A stretch of DNA of 63,693 bases, the filler included, from Octopus bimaculoides (lineage: Eukaryota): NCBI RefSeq assembly GCF_001194135.2. It is 9 parts of 9 records of this genome, joined end to end, with 100 filler letters (N's around TTAATTAATTAA, not from the genome) between each part and the next. Parts side by side here need not be neighbours in the genome. Positions count along the whole stretch, not along the records: positions 53,535 to 59,525 come from NC_069005.1; positions 59,626 to 62,550 come from NC_068987.1; positions 62,651 to 63,693 come from NW_026312021.1; 6 more parts are not named here. One strand, written 5' to 3'. Of this stretch, positions 54,200-63,693 are shown piece by piece. A program made the translations under genes and the position numbers. The notes below the pieces were generated by a model. The model was not told where the DNA came from and searched no databases. It was given only the letters and a program-made list of their open reading frames with translations. The stretch's first letter is position 1. Each line of letters begins with the position of its first letter.

Positions 54200-54449
54200 C
54201 AAACAGATATATATATATATATGTATATATCGATACATAGATAGAATGGTAGACAGGAAGATAGATTAGTTGGTAGGTAATAGAGAGATGGATACATACA
54301 TACATAGACAGATTGGTAGGTATGTAGATAGACTGAAAGATAGACAGGTGTGTTGGTAGATAGAATAGATAGATAGGTCGATAGTTAGGTAGATAGATTT
54401 CTTTATTAGCCACGCAAGGCCGAACACAGAGGAGATAATGCAGTACGCA

Positions 54450-54550
54450 ATTGGTACTTAATTCATCGACCCTGAAAGAGTGAAAGGCAAAGTCGATCTC
54501 GGCGGAATTTGAACTCAGAACATAAAGACAGACGAAATACCGCTAAGCAG
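54450..54550 (-). mobile_element. SINE family B fragment
   Basis: Inverse core and B-box. Confidence 0.75.
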
Positions 54551-55420
54551 AAAGGAACACAGAATTAAACAGGGAGAAAAAATAGAAAAGGTTTAGTGGC
54601 TAGCGATCTATCATGGCGAATGTCGAATAGAGGGGTATATACATGTGTGTGTATGTATATACATACATAGTCTTTTGTTCTTTTTGTGAATTCTCCCCCA
54701 TATATATNNNNNNNNNNNNNNNNNNNNNNNNNNNNNNNNNNNNNNNNNNNNNNNNNNNNNNNNNNNNNNNNNNNNNNNNNNNNNNNNNNNNNNNNNNNNN
54801 NNNNNNNNNNNNNNNNNNNNNNNNNNTATATATGTATATATATATATGTATATAGGTAGCTGATCTTTCATTTCCGAAACCGTCTCATCCTCAGCTGTGA
54901 AGTACAAGACTGCCGCAGTTTCACCACTCACCACATGTATCACTCCCTTGCTTCCTTCGTCAGAGGTGTGTTACAGTGATGTTACCAAAGATTGGTTCTT
55001 TACTTTCAGCTTCGGCTTTGCTCACAAACGACCCCGCGTTGCCCACGTTGAAGCATTTCCTCCTTCGATTCACGAATCACTTATCTGTTATACTTCCTAA
55101 GACCAAAATCTTGGGAAGGACATTGCGGATTATATATGCGTATGCATGTGCACAAGCACACACATTTATATATATACATACACATAAACATACATGTGTG
55201 TGTATGTATGTATATGTGTGTATATATATATATATACATAATTAAGTGAGACTGAAAGAATAAACTACACGCACGCACACACGCATACACTGCTCATCCA
55301 CACACATACACACGCACACTCACAAACACATGCGTACACACATACGTAATCACAAAAATTATTCAATATACGTAAGTAGACAACTGACTTCAGGCTTAAG
55401 AGAAATAACGCGCAAACATA

Positions 55421-55453
<33 letters not shown>

Positions 55454-55644
55454 ATCTCTCCCCACCCGCAGACGAACGCATACACACACACACAAGCACA
55501 CATACACACACAAACACACGCTCAAACATGTAAATATATGGCACCTGCCATCTCTCTCTTTCTCTCCCCCTCTCTCTATTTGTTAAAATATGTATGTATA
55601 TATGTATATATTTATGAAGGTGTATCTGTAAATGTATATATGCT

Positions 55645-55685
<41 letters not shown>

Positions 55686-56071
55686 GTGTGTGTAGATGTA
55701 TGCACATGTATATATATTTATATATATATATATATCTGTAAATATGTGTACATGTGTATGTGTATGGTGATTACCTACAGAAATATAATTGGGAGAAAAC
55801 TAAGTAGAAAAAGCGTGTGTGTGTGTGTGTGTGTGCGCGTATGTGCATGTATGTAGTTGTGTGTGTGATGTGCGCGCGCAGGCGCACGGTGGTAGCGTCT
55901 CTGCAGCGCGTGATTGGTAATTAATTTTAATATGTCCGCACACGTTCCGAGCTGTAGCGTTTCGTCTCATTATATTCCAAACTAGATTTCCGAGAATTGA
56001 TCGGAGCAATTGATCTCGGTATTCTACAAATTTCTCTGCACAAAGCACTTAGCGTCACTGTGGAAAAAAAA

Positions 56072-56144
<73 letters not shown>

Positions 56145-56235
56145 CCCCTCTCTCTCTATGTATATATATATGCTTATATACGTATATATTTGTATATATA
56201 TTTATGTATGTTTATATGTATGTACGTATGCAAAC

Positions 56236-56268
<33 letters not shown>

Positions 56269-56830
56269 TATATTATTACAGTCTCATGATACCTAATTGA
56301 TATCAGCGACCAGTTTCATGTCAAAAACCTTCCAGAACGGGAGAGATAAATTTAGCAATCGTCGGACATGGCTGAATAGAAGAGCATGGCTTGAACTCTT
56401 TTCTACAGGATGCCTTAAAATGTTATGTCGTGCAAAACCGGAACAAAATACATGGATGAAACTACCTATTGAAAGGAAACGAAAAAAACAAGCAACTGAA
56501 GAATATTGGCTCTTAGTGCCATCGGCCTTATGTCCTTTGGATAAGCCCCCTTTTAGCTAGTGGCCTGCATTGAGGTGTTCATGAGTCAAGAAAGAAAAAA
56601 AAAAAAGAAAAAGAAAACCCAACCCCGATCTTATGTTTTATTGATTTCAAATTTGGGCACAACGTCAACAAGTTCGGGAGGGGAGGTAATTCGATTACAA
56701 CACCCCCAGTGGTACTTATTTCATCGATTAGATTTCCGAGAATTGATCGGAGCAATTGATCTCGGTATTCTGCAAATTTTTCCTGTTTCTTTCTCTACAA
56801 AAATCACTTAGCGTCACCGTGGAAAAAAAA

Positions 56831-56906
<76 letters not shown>

Positions 56907-57249
56907 ATCTATCTANNNNNNNNNNNNNNNNNNNNNNNNNNNNNNNNNNNNNNNNNNNNNNNNNNNNNNNNNNNNNNNNNNNNNNNNNNNNNNNNNNNNN
57001 NNNNNNNNNNNNNNNNNNNNNNNNNNNNNNNNNNNNNNNNNNNNNNNNNNNNNNNNNNNNNNNNNNNNNNNNNNNNNNNNNNNNNNNNNNNNNNNNNNNN
57101 NNNNNNNNNNNNNNNNNNNNNNNNNNNNNNNNNTTCTAATTGAAGTTAACCAATGATATTCCATTTTCGGAATGGTCAGAGTTTGGATGTCTGCCATATT
57201 GAGTGAATATTAGTTTCACTACAGAAGCAATGAAGGGTGGAGAAACAGT

Positions 57250-57299
<50 letters not shown>

Positions 57300-57369
57300 A
57301 GAAAGAGAGAGAGAAAGAAAGATAGAGAGACAGAGACAGAGACAGAGAAAGAAAGAGAGAGAGAAAGAA

Positions 57370-57400
<31 letters not shown>

Positions 57401-57434
57401 AACAGAGAAAGAAACAGAGAGAGAAAGAAAGAAA

Positions 57435-57468
<34 letters not shown>

Positions 57469-57473
57469 AAGAA

Positions 57474-57509
<36 letters not shown>

Positions 57510-58096
57510 AGCGTATAAGAACAGAAAGGGGAGACTACAGAAAAAAAAACAAAGAAATGAAAGAGGGGGAATGAGGGGAAGAGAGATAGTTATTGCAAGA
57601 TAGGGAGTGACTGATGAAGAGATAGAGAGAGAGGGAGAGAGAGAGTAAGGAGGAGGAGAAAAAAAAAGAGAGAGAGAGAGAGAGAAGGAGCACGGGAGGA
57701 TGAGTTTGTGATGGAGGAGGTGATACAATGTAGGAAGAGGAGGGGGAAGAAAAAGAGAAAGTGAAGGAGAAAAATAGAGAGAGAAGGTCGTGAAAGAGAC
57801 AACGAGGGAGTAGGAGAGACATATATATATGCCCATGTATATACACAAACATATACATGCATATATTANNNNNNNNNNNNNNNNNNNNNNNNNNNNNNNN
57901 NNNNNNNNNNNNNNNNNNNNNNNNNNNNNNNNNNNNNNNNNNNNNNNNNNNNNNNNNNNNNNNNNNNNNNNNNNNNNNNNNNNNNNNNNNNNNNNNNNNN
58001 NNNNNNNNNNNNNNNNNNNNNNNNNNNNNNNNNNNNNNNNNNNNNNNNNNNNNNNNNNNNNNNNNNNNNNNNNNNNNNNNNNNNNNNNNNNNNNNN

Positions 58097-58135
<39 letters not shown>

Positions 58136-58505
58136 ACATATATTTATGTATATATACACGTGTGTATACATTCATACATACATATATGATAATATATGTA
58201 TTTATATGTATGTGCGTTTGTGTATGTGTGCTTGTTGATTACATATATACACAATTCTGTGTAAAAATTACTATTATAACGTATATACAAAACGAAAAAA
58301 ATTCATAAGAACATTTACTACAACCAAAAGATTATAATAAATCAATTTGTCTTAAGCTATTCGGAAAAAAAAGCTCTGTTTTTAATTTGTTACGAAATAA
58401 CATATAAACAAACAGTATTCTTATATTTGTTGGGAATAATTTTCTGAAGTGTTGGGGCGAGATACTGAAAAGTTTCATAAAATTGTTGAAGGGTTACAAA
58501 AGGAA

Positions 58506-58577
58506 CATCGTTGAAGCGGAAGAAAAGGGCATCGCTGAATGGGAAGAAAAAGACACTGCTGAAGGGGAAGAAATGGA
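58506..58577. repeat. 24-bp minisatellite, 3 imperfect copies
   Basis: catcgttgaagcggaagaaaaggg / catcgctgaatgggaagaaaaaga / cactgctgaaggggaagaaatgga. Confidence 0.75.
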
Positions 58578-59269
58578 ATATTATTTCTCTTGCTCGCATT
58601 TTCTCATGTAATATGTATATTTTTAGGTAAAGAGATAGATAGACAGACAGGTAGGTAGAAAGAGAGAGAGAACGAAAGGAGGAGAGTGAGAAAGAAACAG
58701 TTAGGAAGAAAAGAGTGAGAAAGAGAGAGAAGAAGATAAATAGATAGATAAATAGACAGGAGAGAGAGAAAGAGAGAACAAAGAAAAGAAAGAAAATATA
58801 ATGACAAAAATGGACGCGAACGAAAAGAAATGGAAAAATGAAAGCAGAGGTATAAGCAGACGACACTATGAATGACAGCAGAGAAGGTTAGCTGCCATTA
58901 GACGCTGTGCCTACATCGTATCGATATGAGATTAAAACTAACGATAAGATAGATAGCTTTTGTAAGAAATTCTGGCGATAAAGAAGAACCAATTTATGTT
59001 GGAAATAGTTCAGTGTTTTATGGGAAGCAACGCAAACAATAAAGGAAAGTAATAGCTCTTGCTTCAGCACAACATACTACATATTATGGGAGGTTATTTA
59101 ACTAGAACACCGGAAGGAGATTGGTTGAATAGGATGTGACCGGAAATAACAGTGACCGTACACTGAAGTAGAATATACTGCTTGAACATTATTGCCTTGT
59201 AGTAAGTTTATTGTCGACAGTATTAAAGGATATTTTAAACTAGAAGTTTTAATGTGAATAAAAACTCTG

Positions 59270-59335
<66 letters not shown>

Positions 59336-59569
59336 GCTTTACCAGTATGCAGACATAAATGCATACATGTGAGTGCTTGTGTGTACGTTTGTTTGAGTTT
59401 ACAAACGAGAAAGGAAAAAATTTCGTAATACAAAAGCAAGCAATAAACATTTATTACATACCTGAAGCTTCTCACTGTTATTACTCAGAGACCAATTTCA
59501 ACTCTATAATATATATATATATATANNNNNNNNNNNNNNNNNNNNNNNNNNNNNNNNNNNNNNNNNNNN

Positions 59570-59581
59570 TTAATTAATTAA
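59570..59581. other. Assembly linker TTAATTAATTAA
   Basis: N-flanked six-frame stop linker. Confidence 0.9.
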
Positions 59582-59625
59582 NNNNNNNNNNNNNNNNNNN
59601 NNNNNNNNNNNNNNNNNNNNNNNNN

Positions 59626-59876
59626 GTGGCACATAAAAGACACCATTTTGAGCGTGGCCGTTGCCAGTACCGCCTGACTGGCCCTCGTGCGGGTGACACG
59701 TAAAAGCACCCACTACACTCTCTGAGTGGTTGGCGTTAGGAAGGGCATCCAGCTGTAGAAACTCTGCCAAATTAGACTGAAGCCTGGTGTTGCCATCTGG
59801 TTTCACCAGTCCTCAGTCAAATCGTCCAACCCATGCTAGCATGGAAAGCGGATGTTAAACGATGATGATGATGATT
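59626..59876 (+). mobile_element. RTE-clade LINE 3' UTR copy
   Basis: Near-identical to 44700-44910 and to the reverse complement of 15124-15380. Confidence 0.88.
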
Positions 59877-59956
59877 TACCCTCTCTTTTACTTATTTCAG
59901 TCAAATCTTATATGGACCCCCAAGGGTCATATGGATCCTAGCTGAGAACCACTGGT

Positions 59957-60078
59957 CTGGATGAAAAGTAGTTTGGCTTTGTAACAGGAAGAGGTGCCAC
60001 TAATGCTATCTTCCTAGTGAGACGGCTGCAAGAGAAATATTTAGTTAGAAATAAGCCTCTGTACCTTGCGTTTATAGA
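59957..60078 (+). mobile_element. RTE reverse-transcriptase fragment
   Basis: LDEK*FGFVTGRGATNAIFLVRRLQEKYLVRNKPLYLAFID. Confidence 0.85.
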
Positions 60079-60226
60079 TACGATGTTTTGCATGTGTGAA
60101 AGCATCAATATTTGTATCAGGATATGCTGGTTGGTATAAAACATAAGTTAGTTGATTTCATGGCTTCATTCAATACCCTTAAGAAATGGTTGAATACCAA
60201 ACAATCTCATTATTCCTTTATAACAG

Positions 60227-60351
60227 ACATGTGTCTCGGCTATTAATCAATATTGTAGTAGGATTACAGACGAGTCTACTGAGGAAGACATCAAGTATTT
60301 TGTCTTACATCGGCAATACACCAACAACCCAGACAGTATAGATAAGATAAT
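60227..60351 (+). CDS. Candidate coding exon (TCVSAINQYCSRITDESTEEDIKYFVLHRQYTNNPDSIDKI), product unknown
   Basis: Acceptor tattcctttataacag|, in-frame stop just upstream, donor at|gtaatc. Phase-compatible with 61844. Confidence 0.35.
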
Positions 60352-61377
60352 GTAATCCTAAAATTATAGACTATAATCTGTAGTGATGGATAATTAAATG
60401 ATTGTTTTCATTACTCTATAAAGCTAATTAATACAAATGTTAAAATTCAGTCTGATTATAGTCTTTTGGGTACTTTTCTTTATAATTTTACTTCACGGAT
60501 TTTCATCATGGCTGCTAGCTGAAGGTTATAAATTATTCAGTATGTTTAAAATATGTCTTAAATTCAATGCTTATTTTCTGATATGTAACAAACATATTCT
60601 TGAATCAATTAGACTTTATAACTTTCCTTGGTAATCAATTCTAGTTTTAAGAAGATTGTAAGCTTGTATCATGTTTTTAATAATATATAAGAATAGTTTC
60701 TGAACTTTCAACCCTTTACATTTAAACTGGCCATATCTGGACCGAGTATTTCTATCTGCTTCATGTTCAAACTGGACAGATCCAGCCTCTCACCACCAGT
60801 TGAGTATTGGGAATGATGTAATCAACTTACCTCCTCCTTTGAGCTTGCTGGCTTTGTGCCAAAATTTGAAACCAATATAAAATGACTGAATTTCTATTTT
60901 TCTTTATCAATTTCAAAGTATTTTTATTAAATTTCTTCAAATATTTCTTATTAAAAAGTGGTAATGATAGAAAAGAATGAAAGAATTTATTGTTTATACA
61001 AGAAATTTTTTATTAATTACACTTTCAATTTTAATTTAGAAATTCACATGATGGGGTTTGATAAGTTATCAATGATATAGGAAATTTGCTGACCCCAATT
61101 TAGAGACTTCTATACTGGCTAAAGTTTTGCAGTAAAGGTAGTGGTTCAGTCATTTGGATTGGTTACAATACATTACTAATTCTTATCAAGCAATGGCTTT
61201 CAACTTGCTAGAAGTAGCAGCCAAATATTTTCTAGGCATCAAAGTTAACAAATGCATGAATTACTCTTTAAAATGCTTCACATGGTTTACAAAAATTTAT
61301 ATTAAAAAAAATTTTATTATTTATTGGATAAATTAAAATCAATACAGAAATAAGTCAAAGATGCTGACATAAGAATA

Positions 61378-61760
61378 GTGTTGTTGGCACTCTGTCGCTT
61401 ACGACGTCGAGTGTTCCAGTTGATCCGATCAACGGAACAGCCTGCTCGTGAAATTAACATGCAAGTGGCTGAGCACTCCACAGACACGTGTACCCTTAAC
61501 GTAGTTCTCGGGGATATTCAGCGTGACACAGTGTGACAAGGCTGGCCCTTTGACTTACAGGCACAACAGAAACAGGAAGTAAGAGTGAGAGAAAGTTATG
61601 GTGAAAGAGCACAGCAGGGTTTGCCACCATCCCCTGCCGGAGCTTCGTGGAGCTTTAGGTGTTTTCACTCAATAAACACTCACAACGCCCGGTCTGAGAA
61701 TCGAAACTGCGATCCTATGACCGTGAGTCCACTGCCCTAACCACTGGGCCATTGCGCCTC
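61378..61760 (-). mobile_element. tRNA-derived SINE family E, apparently full length
   Basis: Head ggaggcgcaatggcccagtggttagggcag...gtttcgattc and a 3' end with two hairpins. Partial homologue at about 34015-34090. Confidence 0.8.
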
Positions 61761-61843
61761 CCATAAGAATAGTACACAAACAAAATTTAACAAAAAAGAA
61801 TTAAAGAACTGAAGAATTTTATTCAAAAATATCTTTATTTCAG

Positions 61844-61880
61844 ATTAGAGGAAAATAATGTTGCTTCATTTTTAATATAA
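61844..61880 (+). CDS. Candidate terminal exon (xLEENNVASFLI*)
   Basis: Strong acceptor atctttatttcag|, stop codon, AT-rich downstream region with AATAAA near 62305. Confidence 0.25.
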
Positions 61881-62315
61881 CAACAAAATCTGAACATTTT
61901 AATGTCAGATTAAGTTGGATGCTATCTTCAAAGTTCAACTGATTTCTGTACTAACAATAAGGAGTAATGAAAAAATTATTATGGATCAATTTTCAATACC
62001 ATACAAATTAGCTGAAGTAACAGAAAGAACCAAATTTGTGACATAAAAATAGCATCCAAAACAACTCCACTCTTAATTTTAGAAAAAATGATGTAGTTTC
62101 ATCTTTGATAAAACATTGGGCTTCTTGATATCAAAACAATTTGGATGCTCTTAGCAAATTCCAGATGATTTCTATATTTTGTTTTCAAGTTCACAAGTGT
62201 AGAAAATCTATTTTTACAATGGTAGGTTGCTGCAGAAAAAGCTGTATTTCTGTCACTTTTTCAAGTGCAGTTTTGAAAGCCTTTGTTCAAAGTAGAGAAA
62301 TTGGAATAAAGTTCA

Positions 62316-62550
62316 TAGGCGCAGGAGTGGCTGTGTGGTAAGTAGCTTGCTTACCAACCACATGGTTCCGGGTTCAGTCCCACTGCGTGACACCTTGGGC
62401 AAGTGTCTTCTACTATAACCTCGGGCCGACCAAAGCCTTGTGAGTGGATTTGGTAGACGGAAACTGAAAGAAGCCCGTCGTATATATGTATATACATATA
62501 TTTATATGTGTATGTATATGTTTGTGTGTCTGTGTTTGTTCCCCCCCCCC
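62316..62550 (+). mobile_element. SINE family A, young 5' half
   Basis: ggcgcaggagtggctgtgtggtaagtagc...gggttcagtccc...cttgggcaagtgtcttctacta...; truncated by a gap. Confidence 0.9.
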
Positions 62551-62594
62551 NNNNNNNNNNNNNNNNNNNNNNNNNNNNNNNNNNNNNNNNNNNN

Positions 62595-62606
62595 TTAATT
62601 AATTAA
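62595..62606. other. Assembly linker TTAATTAATTAA
   Basis: N-flanked six-frame stop linker. Confidence 0.9.
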
Positions 62607-62856
62607 NNNNNNNNNNNNNNNNNNNNNNNNNNNNNNNNNNNNNNNNNNNNAATTCCGATTCCTGCATCGACTCCATATTTTTCCCCTAACATATCATAAA
62701 GATTGAAAAATTATCAAGTTTGTTTTCGAGTACAGTTTTAGTTTTATCTATTAGCTCTTTACAATACACTATGTTATGACTTTTACTCTGGATATTTAAA
62801 TAAGACGTCAGTAAAAGAAAAAAATGTCACTGAATATTTCTAACAAAAATAAGAAA

Positions 62857-63054
62857 TCACTGGTTTGACAGACCAGTGAAGATAGAAGCTGTATCTAGAT
62901 GACTTTCCATTTTTTGGTCATATTTACTGATTAAATATGCGAGTTCTTTGGTCACCCACCGTTTATAATTAATTGTTTTCCAACTATTTCTCAAAATATC
63001 GTTTATAACACACATTTCACTCATTTGGAAAAAAAGTAACACACGTGTAAGCAT
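62857..63054 (-). CDS. Candidate exon (MLTRVLLFFQ...KELAYLISKYDQKMESHLDTASIFTGLSNQ*), product unknown
   Basis: Preceded by an intron-like segment 63186-63055 with gcg|gtaagt, a ctaac branch point and tttacgcag|. Confidence 0.3.
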   Translation of the reverse strand: MLTRVLLFFQMSEMCVINDILRNSWKTINYKRWVTKELAYLISKYDQKMESHLDTASIFTGLSNQ

Positions 63055-63693
63055 CTGCGTAAATTGTAAGTAAATTTTAAAAAAACGGAAAAATAACGTT
63101 AGTTAAATTAAATATTTTTGTTTTCAGAACACTCCAAAAATATAATAGTGCAAACAGATGTTTTGGATAAAAAATTCAAACTTACCGCCAGGCTGTTCCA
63201 AGAATTATGGCTAATTATAGCAGTTCTTGAGAACTGCTCTAGTTCCGGTCAAAAAGTAGAACCAGCTAACAAAGAGATAGAGAGGTGGGGTCATGCTATT
63301 ATCGGAAAGCATTACTTCGTATGATAAATTTGTGGAATCACTGACAGAGAGGAAGGGGTACAAAATATATATGATATAGGTCTTAGCATATGTTTTGACA
63401 GGTTACAAAGAGAGAGAGAGAGAGAGAGAGAGAAGAAGGAAGGACAAACTAACATAGATAGGGAGTTAGGGAGTGTCTATATGCGGGATTCTCAATGCAT
63501 GCCTTCTCAAAGCAAAAGTACAAGTTACTGAGAGAGGGGAAGGGGAGAGAGAATATTTCGAAAACAACTGGACGGATTTTTCTTTGCAAGAAAGTAACTA
63601 TTTTATCTAATTTTCCGATGATAAAAGAGCATGCAGCGCATAGCTTGCATGCTTGAGAGTGCACGCCCCTGATATATATATATATATATATAT

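Noticed and set aside
56297-56560. 87-aa plus-strand ORF
   Set aside because: It has an alternative start codon and no recognisable domain, and it lies between duplicated repeats.

Overview
AT-rich, microsatellite-dense eukaryotic DNA. The SINE/LINE families and repeat make-up look like a cephalopod genome, probably Octopus (my recognition, not a database result). Eight N-flanked TTAATTAATTAA linkers cut the window into nine pieces that may not be contiguous in the genome. Almost all supplied ORFs are microsatellite or N-gap artefacts. One coding exon is securely identifiable: a 99-nt minus-strand exon of GPN-loop GTPase 2 (GPN2). A few weaker exon candidates also occur. The rest is mostly mobile DNA: several tRNA-derived SINE families, RTE, R4/Dong-like and Tx1-like non-LTR fragments, a decayed Tc1 transposase with DD36E spacing, mariner and Helitron remnants, and a TA-flanked MITE. 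The most interesting object is a ~240-bp minus-strand element (50875-51116). It joins a tRNA-derived Pol III head to a minimal type I hammerhead ribozyme motif of the Penelope type and a short tandem tail, making it a candidate self-cleaving SINE.
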